This document shows, piece after piece, positions 56,729 through 64,000 of a stretch of DNA of 64,000 bases. How positions within the stretch are numbered: the first letter of the stretch is position 1; each line of letters starts with the position of its first letter. Location: positions 120,246 through 184,245 of the forward strand of contig JBBDYJ010000011.1 of NCBI GenBank assembly GCA_040901675.1, read 5' to 3'. The translations under genes and the position numbers were made by a program. The notes under the pieces were generated by a model that was not told where the DNA came from, searched no databases, and worked only from the letters and a program-made list of their open reading frames with translations. The stretch comes from Pirellulales bacterium. GTDB taxonomy: Bacteria > Planctomycetota > Planctomycetia > Pirellulales > JAICIG01.

Positions 56729-58240
56729 ATGAATATCCTTCTGGCAACCAGCGAGGCCGTGCCTTTCGCCAAGACCGGCGGTCTGGCCGACGTATCGGCC
56801 GCCCTGCCGGTCGAATTGGCCCGACTCGGCCACGCGCCGGTGGTCATGTTGCCGGCCTACAGCCAGGCGATGACCTGCGGCCAACCGATCGAGCCCACCG
56901 GCGTCGAGCTGTCGATCCCCATCGGCAGCAAGATGGTCGAGGGAACGCTGCTCAAGAGCAAGCTGCCGGGCAGCCAGGTGCCCGTCTACCTGGTGCGGCA
57001 GGACGACTACTACCAGCGCGCCGATCTCTACGGCAGCGGCGGCGTCGACTACGTCGACAACTGCGAGCGGTTCGTCTTCTTCTGCCGCTCGGTCCTCGAA
57101 GCCGTCCGTTTGCTCCACCTCGACATCGACATCCTGCACGCCAACGACTGGCAAACCGGCCTGGTGCCGGCCTACCTCAAGGCCGAGTACCGCGGCGTGC
57201 CCGGCTATGAAGGCATCGCTTCGCTGTTGACCATCCACAACCTGGCCTTCCAGGGAGTCTTCTGGCATTGGGACATGCTGCTGACCGGCCTGGACTGGAA
57301 GTACTTCAACTGGCACCAGATGGAGTTCTACGGCAAGCTCAACTTGATGAAGACCGGCCTGGTCTTTGCCGACTCGATCAATACCGTCAGTCCGCGCTAC
57401 GCCGAAGAGATTCAAAGCGCACCGCTGGGCTGCGGCCTGGAAGGAGTGCTGCAGCAGCGCCGCGAAGTGCTCTCCGGAATTATCAACGGAGTCGACTACG
57501 ATGTCTGGAATCCGGCCATCGACCAGCACTTACCCGCCCGGTACGACGCGGCCACCTTCGCGCGGGGCAAGGCGGCCTGCAAGGCGGCCCTGCAAGCCGA
57601 GTTGGGCCTGCCCGTGCAACCGCGGGTGCCGTTGGTGGGCCTGGTGGGGCGGTTGACCGACCAGAAAGGGCTCGACCTTGTGGCGGGGGTCGTGCAGGAC
57701 TGGGTCCGTTCGGCCGAGGTGCAATGGGCCATCCTTGGCATGGGCGAGCCAAAGTACCACCAACTGTTCACCACCCTGTCCGAACGGTTCGGCCAGAAGC
57801 TGGCCGCCCGGCTCATGTTTTCCGAAGAGCTGGCGCACCGCATCGAGGGGGGGGCCGACATGTTCTTGATGCCCAGCCGCTTCGAGCCCTGCGGTCTGAG
57901 CCAGCTCTACAGCATGAAGTACGGCTGCGTCCCGGTCGTGCGGGCCACCGGAGGCCTGGCCGACACGGTAGTCGATGCCACCCGCGAGACGCTGGCCGAC
58001 GGCACCGCCACCGGCTTTAGCTTCCGGGAATATGAGACGCTGGCTCTGGCCGAGACGCTGCGGCGGGCCCTGGATGCCTACAATCAACCCGAAGCCTGGC
58101 CGCGTCTCGTGGAAACCGGCATGCGGCAGGACTGGTCTTGGGCCAAAAGCGCGCAACAATATGTCAGCTTGTATAAGCGGACCATCGCCCGCGCCACGAG
58201 CAGCCGGCGGCAGGTGGCCGGTCCGCCTGCGGCGCGTTGA
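56729..58240 (+). CDS. glgA: Glycogen synthase (GT5)
   Basis: KTGGLADV, HANDWQT, TIHNLAFQG, PSRFEPCGLSQLY, TGGLADTV. Confidence 0.96.
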   Translation: MNILLATSEAVPFAKTGGLADVSAALPVELARLGHAPVVMLPAYSQAMTCGQPIEPTGVELSIPIGSKMVEGTLLKSKLPGSQVPVYLVRQDDYYQRADLYGSGGVDYVDNCERFVFFCRSVLEAVRLLHLDIDILHANDWQTGLVPAYLKAEYRGVPGYEGIASLLTIHNLAFQGVFWHWDMLLTGLDWKYFNWHQMEFYGKLNLMKTGLVFADSINTVSPRYAEEIQSAPLGCGLEGVLQQRREVLSGIINGVDYDVWNPAIDQHLPARYDAATFARGKAACKAALQAELGLPVQPRVPLVGLVGRLTDQKGLDLVAGVVQDWVRSAEVQWAILGMGEPKYHQLFTTLSERFGQKLAARLMFSEELAHRIEGGADMFLMPSRFEPCGLSQLYSMKYGCVPVVRATGGLADTVVDATRETLADGTATGFSFREYETLALAETLRRALDAYNQPEAWPRLVETGMRQDWSWAKSAQQYVSLYKRTIARATSSRRQVAGPPAAR

Positions 58241-58305
58241 CCCCGACCGCCGGGTGGCGGACCGAGGAGATCGTTGAGGTTGCCGTCCAACGGAAGGAAC
58301 CTGGA

Positions 58306-60504
58306 ATGCACGACATAGCGCTGGCCATCCTCTGGCACCAGCATCAGCCTTACTACCCGGACGACGTCAACGGCGAGAACGTCATGCCCTGGGTCCGTTT
58401 GCACGGCACCAAGGACTACTGGGGCATGGCCATGTTGCTCAAGGAGGTCCCCCAGTTCCACGCCACCGTCAACCTCGTCCCCAGCCTGCTGGCACAACTG
58501 CTCGCCTATACCGACGAAGGCCACGAGGACACGCACCTGCGGGTTTCACGGCTGCCGGCCGACGGCTTGTCGGAGCAGGACATGACCTACCTGCTCGACA
58601 ACTTCTTCATGGTCCATCCCGACCACATGATCCGCCCTTACCCGCGGTATCACGAGCTGTATCAGAAGCGAGGCCTCTCGATCGATCCGGCCAGCCGCGC
58701 CGCCAAGCGCTTTACCAAGCGAGACATCGTCGACCTGCAATGCTGGTCGAACCTGACCTGGATGCACCCGCTGGCATTCGAGGTCGATCCGGAGCTGGCC
58801 GAATTCCGCAAGCAGGGGCGCCACTGGACCGAGGGGCAGAAACAGTGGTTGCTCGAGAAGCAAATGGGCTTGCTGCGGCAGGTGGTGCCGCTGCACTGTG
58901 AGCTGGCCGATCGCGGTCAGATCGAGCTGACTACCACCCCCTTTTACCATCCGATCCTCCCCTTGCTCTGGGATAAGCGGCTGGCCCGGCAGGCCATGCC
59001 CGACGTGAATCTTCCCAGGCACCTCGATCCGTACCCCGAAGACGGGGCCGAGCAGGTGCGGATGGCCGTCGCCTATCACGAGCGGCTCTTCGGCCACAAG
59101 CCCCGCGGCATGTGGCCTTCGGAGGGCTCGGTGTGCCAGGCGATGATTCCGGCCCTGGCCGCCGCCGGCATCCAATGGATGGCCACCGACGAGGAAATCC
59201 TCTCCGCGTCGACCGAGGGCTGGGTATCGCGCGACGCCCAGGGCTTCTTGCGAAACCCGGAGATGCTCTACCGTCCCTGGCGCGTCGAGGAGAAGGGCCA
59301 TCCGCTGCAGATGATCTTTCGCGATCACGCCATGAGCGACCAGATCGGCTTCCATTACCAGCGCTACGAGGCGCAGCACGCCGTCGACGACTTTGTCGGC
59401 AAGCTGGAGGCGATCGGCCGGGCCACCACGGGCAACTTGGGCCACCGCCCCACGCTGGTCAGCATCATCCTCGACGGAGAGAACTGCTGGGAGTACTACC
59501 CCAACGCCGGCGTCGACTTCTTGCGGACCTTGTACCGCCGCCTCACCGCCCATCCCAAGATCAAGCCCGTCCGCGTCGGCGATTACCTCGAACGGCACCC
59601 CGCCAGCGACAAGCTCGGCCACCTCTTCCCCGGAAGCTGGATCCAGCACAACTTCGGCATCTGGATCGGTCACCCGGAGTGCAACCGCGCCTGGGACCTC
59701 TTGTTCCAGACGCGCGAGTACCTGGTCCGCGCCACGCAGTCGGGCGAGAAGCCGGCCGAGGCCCTGCGCCGGGCCTGGACCGAGCTCTACATCGCCGAGG
59801 GGAGCGACTGGTTCTGGTGGTTCGGCGATTCGCACACCAGTGCCCAGGATGCCCTCTTCGACCGGCTGTTCCGCAAACACCTGCAGAACATTTACGCCCT
59901 CTTGGGCGACGAACCGCCCAGCGAGTTGGCCCGCCCCATCAGCCAGGGCCATCGCCATGCCCACCTCCACACCAAGCCCTCCGGACTCTTGAACGTCAAG
60001 GTGGACGGACGCCGGACCTACTTCGAGTGGATCAACGCCGGCCATTACGCGGTCGGCGCCGCCCGCGGCACCATGACCATGGCCCAGGAGGGGCGCCTGG
60101 CGGGCTTGCACTTCGGCTTCGACACCGAGCGGCTGCTGCTGCGGTTCGATGCCAGAAACGGCACCGCGCGGGAACGGCTGGCGGATATCGACGTCTTGCG
60201 GATCTCGTTCTTCCAGCCGGCCGGCTTCGAGCTGTTGATCTCGCACCCCAACTGGCAGGAGCCGATCCTCCAGCTCTATCACAACGACGTGCCCGTGGGC
60301 GAATCGGGCGTGCAGGCGGCCGCCGACGTGATCCTGGAGGTCGCCATACCCCTGGGCAGCCTGGCCCTGTCCACCGACGACCCCGTGCAATTCTTCGTGG
60401 AGCTGGTTCAACAGGAGCAATCGCTCGAGCGCGTCCCCAACGAAGGCGCCATCGAGATCTCGGTCCCCTCACCGGAATTCGAGCTGATTATGTGGCAAGC
60501 CTGA
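58306..60504 (+). CDS. GH57 glycoside hydrolase (amylopullulanase-like)
   Basis: WHQHQP, PFYHPILP, WPSEGSV, LDGENCW, AEGSDWFWW; start MHDIAL. Confidence 0.92.
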   Translation: MHDIALAILWHQHQPYYPDDVNGENVMPWVRLHGTKDYWGMAMLLKEVPQFHATVNLVPSLLAQLLAYTDEGHEDTHLRVSRLPADGLSEQDMTYLLDNFFMVHPDHMIRPYPRYHELYQKRGLSIDPASRAAKRFTKRDIVDLQCWSNLTWMHPLAFEVDPELAEFRKQGRHWTEGQKQWLLEKQMGLLRQVVPLHCELADRGQIELTTTPFYHPILPLLWDKRLARQAMPDVNLPRHLDPYPEDGAEQVRMAVAYHERLFGHKPRGMWPSEGSVCQAMIPALAAAGIQWMATDEEILSASTEGWVSRDAQGFLRNPEMLYRPWRVEEKGHPLQMIFRDHAMSDQIGFHYQRYEAQHAVDDFVGKLEAIGRATTGNLGHRPTLVSIILDGENCWEYYPNAGVDFLRTLYRRLTAHPKIKPVRVGDYLERHPASDKLGHLFPGSWIQHNFGIWIGHPECNRAWDLLFQTREYLVRATQSGEKPAEALRRAWTELYIAEGSDWFWWFGDSHTSAQDALFDRLFRKHLQNIYALLGDEPPSELARPISQGHRHAHLHTKPSGLLNVKVDGRRTYFEWINAGHYAVGAARGTMTMAQEGRLAGLHFGFDTERLLLRFDARNGTARERLADIDVLRISFFQPAGFELLISHPNWQEPILQLYHNDVPVGESGVQAAADVILEVAIPLGSLALSTDDPVQFFVELVQQEQSLERVPNEGAIEISVPSPEFELIMWQA

Positions 60505-60576
60505 CCGGCCCGTCGTTTGCTCTCCTTGGCCCGCCGACGCCGTTGTTTGTTTACCGATGGAAACGATATTCAACTT

Positions 60577-61608
60577 ATGCCTGATCTACGCAAAGACCCG
60601 ATCGTCGGCCGCTGGGTGATCGTCGCCAAGAGCCGCGCCAAGCGGCCCCACAACTTCGAGAGCACTCCGCAACTCCACACCGGGTCGTTCTGCCCCTTCT
60701 GCGAAGGCAATGAGGACCAGACCCCCGGCGAAATCATCGCCTATCGCCCCCCCGGTTCGCTCGCCAACCGCCAGGGCTGGCGGGTCCGCGTCGTCCCCAA
60801 CAAGTTCCCCGCCCTGGAAATCGAGGGCGAGCTGAACAAGCGGGGCGAAGGCATCTACGACATGATGCGCGGCGTCGGCGCCCACGAAGTCATCATCGAG
60901 TCGCCCAAGCACCTCTTGAGCACCGCCGACCTCTCCGAGGAAAACCTCCGCGAAGTGTTCTGGGTCTATCGCGACCGCATGGTCGATCTCAAGAAAGACC
61001 GCCGGCTGGTCTACGGCATGATCTTCAAAAACGTCGGCGCCGCCGCCGGCGCCTCGCTCGAGCACACCCACAGCCAGTTGATCGTCACTCCCATCGTACC
61101 GATCAACGTCTGGGAGGAAATGACCGGATCGCTCGAGTTCTACAACTATCGCGGCCGTTGCGTCTTCTGCGACATGATCCAGCAGGAGCTGGCCACCGAA
61201 AAGCGGATCGTGCTGGACACACCCGGCTTTGTCGCCTTCTGCCCCTTCGCCAGCCGGTTTGCCTTCGAAACCTGGATCCTTCCCAAGCTCCACTCCAGCC
61301 ATTACGAGAACATCCAGAAAAACGGCGTCGAAGAGCTGGCCCGCGTCATGAAACAGGTCATCACCAACATCGAGGCCGCTCTGGACCGCCCCAGTTACAA
61401 TTACATCATCCATACCGGGCCGTTTGACAGCCAGGAACTGGCCCACTATCACTGGCACATCGAAATCATTCCACGCTTGACCAAAACGGCCGGCTTCGAG
61501 TGGGGAAGCGGGTTCTACATCAATCCGGTCCCTCCCGAGGAGGCCGCGGCCTTCCTGCGGGACATCGAAATTGAGTCGCACGAATCCAGGAGCCTGCCGA
61601 CCAGGTGA
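60577..61608 (+). CDS. galT: GalT-family nucleotidyltransferase (Gal-1-P uridylyltransferase / ADP-glucose phosphorylase-like)
   Basis: [38 protein letters not shown]; start MPDLRK. Confidence 0.88.
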   Translation: MPDLRKDPIVGRWVIVAKSRAKRPHNFESTPQLHTGSFCPFCEGNEDQTPGEIIAYRPPGSLANRQGWRVRVVPNKFPALEIEGELNKRGEGIYDMMRGVGAHEVIIESPKHLLSTADLSEENLREVFWVYRDRMVDLKKDRRLVYGMIFKNVGAAAGASLEHTHSQLIVTPIVPINVWEEMTGSLEFYNYRGRCVFCDMIQQELATEKRIVLDTPGFVAFCPFASRFAFETWILPKLHSSHYENIQKNGVEELARVMKQVITNIEAALDRPSYNYIIHTGPFDSQELAHYHWHIEIIPRLTKTAGFEWGSGFYINPVPPEEAAAFLRDIEIESHESRSLPTR

Positions 61609-61614
61609 CGCAAC

Positions 61615-63786
61615 ATGGCCCATACGATTCGCTTTGTGCTGGCGCTGCACAACCATCAGCCGATCGGGAACTTCGCCGGGGTTCTCGAGCAGGCCTACCA
61701 GGAGAGCTATCGCCCGTTCCTCGACGTTTTTGAGCGATATCCGACGCTCAAAGTCTCGCTGCACACCAGCGGCTCGCTGATGGAGTGGATGGCCGAGCGT
61801 CATCCCGAGTACATCGACCGGCTCGCCGAGCTGGTGGCCGCCGGAAGAATCGAAGTCATCGGCGGCGCGTTTTACGAGCCCATCCTTTCGATGATCCCGC
61901 CCCGCGACCGGGTCGGGCAGATCCGCGCCTACACCCGCTGGCTGGAGAACCGCCTCGACACCAAGGTTCGCGGAGCCTGGATTCCAGAGCGGGTCTGGGA
62001 GCAATCGCTGACCAGCGACCTGGCGACGGCCGGCATCCAGTACACCGTGCTGGACGATTTCCACTTCAGGAACGCCGGTCTCGCGCAGGGGCAGCTCAAC
62101 GGCTACTACATTACCGAGGACAACGGCCAACTGCTGGCCGTATTCCCCGGCAGCGAGAAGCTGCGATACACCATCCCCTTCGCTTCGCCCCAGGAAACAA
62201 TCGACTACCTGGGCTGGATCTCGTCGGAAGATCCAGGCTCGGTGGTCGTTTTCGGCGACGACGGCGAGAAGTTCGGCACCTGGCCGGAAACGCACAAGCA
62301 CGTCTATACCGACGGCTGGCTGGCGCGGTTCTTCGACCTGCTGGTGGCCAACGAACACTGGATCAAGATCACCACGCTCGCCGAGGCCGTCGACAATGTG
62401 CCGCCGGCCGGCAAGATCTACCTGCCCGACTCCAGCTACCGCGAGATGACCGAGTGGGCCCTCCCCGCCGAGCAACTCATCGAGTACGAACGCCTCAAGC
62501 ACGAGCTGGAGCACGATCCACGCTGGCCTTCGCTCTCGCAATTCGTTCGCGGGGGCTATTGGCGAAACTTCAAGGTCAAGTATCCGGAAAGCGACGAGAT
62601 GTACTCCCGGATGCTCATGATCAGCAACAAGCTCCAGGCGGCCGTCGAAGCGGAACACGAACCGGAGCTGGTCGAGGCGGCCCGCACGGAGCTCTACCGG
62701 GGCCAGTGCAACTGCGGCTACTGGCACGGCGCTTTTGGCGGCATCTACCTGCCCCATTTGCGCAACGCCATCTATCGCAATCTGATCGCCGCCGACAACC
62801 TGCTCCAGCGGGCCGCCGGCCGGGCCCAGCCCTGGATCGAAGCCGTCGCCGGCGACTTCAACCTCGACGCCCGGCAGGAAGTCTACCTGTCCAACGACAA
62901 GCTGGCCGCCTTCATCTCCCCCTACCGGGGAGGCCAGATCTACGAGCTCGACGTCCGCACAATCTGCCACAACCTGCTGGCCACGCTCACCCGCCGCCCC
63001 GAGGCCTACCACCGCAAAGTGCTCAGCGGCGCCTCCGGAAAAGACGGCCACGTCGCCAGCATCCACGACCGGGTCGTGTTCAAGCAGCCCGACCTCGACC
63101 AGCGCCTGCAGTACGACGCCTTTCCCCGCAAGAGCCTGCTCGATCACTTCTTCGACACCGGAGCCAACCTCACCGCGGTCGCCTCCGGCCAGGCCCGCGA
63201 GCGCGGCGATTTTGTCCTGGGAACCTACGAGGCCCGCTTGCGCCGCAACCCGCAGCGGATCCAGGTCCAACTTGTCCGGCATGGTCAGGCCTGCGATCAG
63301 CCGCTCAAGATCACCAAGGGCATCACGCTGGCCGCCGGTAGCTCGGCCTTGGAGATCGCCTATCTCCTGGAAGGTTTGCAGCCGGGCCGCCCGCTGCACT
63401 TCGGCGTCGAGTTCAATTTTGCCGGGCTGCCCGCCGGCTGCGACGACCGCTACTTTCACGACGGCGACCAGCGCCGCTTGGGCCAGCTCGGCCGCCAGCT
63501 CGACCTCTTCGACGTCGCCGCCCTGGGACTGGTGGATGAATACCTGGGCATCGAGCTGGTGCTGCGATCTTCCTGCCCCGGCGGCCTATGGACCTTTCCG
63601 GTCGAGACGGTGAGTCAATCGGAGGGAGGTTTCGAGTTGGTCCACCAGTCGGTCGTCGTGTTGCCGCACTGGCTCGTGCAGCCCGACGACCAGGGCCGCT
63701 GGAGCGTAACCATGAATCTGGTCATCGACACCTCCCGCGCCGAGAGCCGCCAGGAAAAAAACCCCGCGACCGCCGCCGCCCTCTGA
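61615..63786 (+). CDS. GH57 4-alpha-glucanotransferase/alpha-amylase (DUF1925/DUF1926 type)
   Basis: HNHQPIGN, WIPERVW, DDGEKFG, QCNCGYWHGAFGGIYLPHLR, ETVSQSEGGFE. Confidence 0.92.
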   Translation: MAHTIRFVLALHNHQPIGNFAGVLEQAYQESYRPFLDVFERYPTLKVSLHTSGSLMEWMAERHPEYIDRLAELVAAGRIEVIGGAFYEPILSMIPPRDRVGQIRAYTRWLENRLDTKVRGAWIPERVWEQSLTSDLATAGIQYTVLDDFHFRNAGLAQGQLNGYYITEDNGQLLAVFPGSEKLRYTIPFASPQETIDYLGWISSEDPGSVVVFGDDGEKFGTWPETHKHVYTDGWLARFFDLLVANEHWIKITTLAEAVDNVPPAGKIYLPDSSYREMTEWALPAEQLIEYERLKHELEHDPRWPSLSQFVRGGYWRNFKVKYPESDEMYSRMLMISNKLQAAVEAEHEPELVEAARTELYRGQCNCGYWHGAFGGIYLPHLRNAIYRNLIAADNLLQRAAGRAQPWIEAVAGDFNLDARQEVYLSNDKLAAFISPYRGGQIYELDVRTICHNLLATLTRRPEAYHRKVLSGASGKDGHVASIHDRVVFKQPDLDQRLQYDAFPRKSLLDHFFDTGANLTAVASGQARERGDFVLGTYEARLRRNPQRIQVQLVRHGQACDQPLKITKGITLAAGSSALEIAYLLEGLQPGRPLHFGVEFNFAGLPAGCDDRYFHDGDQRRLGQLGRQLDLFDVAALGLVDEYLGIELVLRSSCPGGLWTFPVETVSQSEGGFELVHQSVVVLPHWLVQPDDQGRWSVTMNLVIDTSRAESRQEKNPATAAAL

Positions 63787-63878
63787 GCGTCGCCTGGACG
63801 GCGGGAACATCTTCTTCCGTTCTTCCGTAGCAGGACTCGCCAGAGTTCTGGTGAACTTCGAGCCGGCCGCGTCTCTCC

Positions 63879-64000
63879 GGGTGCCACTGCTTGGAGGTCC
63901 CGGCGTGTCGGGACGGCTCGACTGAGCTCGCCGAAGTCCGAGAAGCAGTGCTGCCTCCGTTCCATCGCGACCTCTCCCTTGCACTCCGCCGATCGAACGG
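63879..64000 (+). repeat. Nested palindromic repeat cluster (truncated by window end)
   Basis: gggtgccactgcttggaggtccc...gggac[ggctcgactgagctcgccgaagtc]cgagaagcagtg, then cctctcccttgcactc... matching 56341. Confidence 0.8.

Noticed and set aside
58546..63459. Long minus-strand ORFs (624 aa, 957 aa), likewise 10432-12054 and 13516-15900
   Set aside because: Antisense to well-supported genes; expected from high-GC codon bias.

Overview
GC-rich bacterial chromosome segment, almost certainly from a Planctomycete (Pirellulales-like). The assignment rests on DUF1559 prepilin-like proteins, a DUF1549/DUF1553 + DUF1501 pair, an ECF sigma/Ser-Thr kinase pair and planctomycete-type LRR and WD40 proteins. 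Family calls come from motif recognition by eye; no database searches were run. Contents from left to right: the start of an alternative complex III operon (actA, partial actB); an ECF-kinase pair; an APC permease; a 2.5-kb segment (yjbQ, a toxin-antitoxin-like pair, an LRR gene) bracketed by an exact inverted pair of GTAG-type REP palindromes; a TPP decarboxylase; an ECF sigma translationally coupled to a membrane-anchored alpha-2-macroglobulin; an Ntn acylase; WD40, SDR, DUF3500 and LRR genes; arsM-arsC; two DUF1559 paralogues plus DUF1573; an ECF/DUF1549-1553/DUF1501 module; two hybrid histidine kinases (one 2130-aa poly-HAMP) divergent from a wHTH-like + 2x DUF5985 trio; a DEAD-box helicase; ino1; an aminotransferase; convergent bfd/bfr with a likely iron operator; and a glgA-GH57-galT-like-GH57 glucan cluster. 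Two small Lys-rich ORFs missing from the ORF track were also found. No rRNA, tRNA, CRISPR array or transposase was recognised. The best candidate for an undescribed system is the ECF sigma + alpha-2-macroglobulin pair. That protein has an anti-sigma-like N-terminus, an intact CxEQ thioester motif and a hydrophobic hairpin at the bait region, suggesting a protease-sensing signalling device. The next best candidate is the DUF5985/poly-HAMP kinase module.
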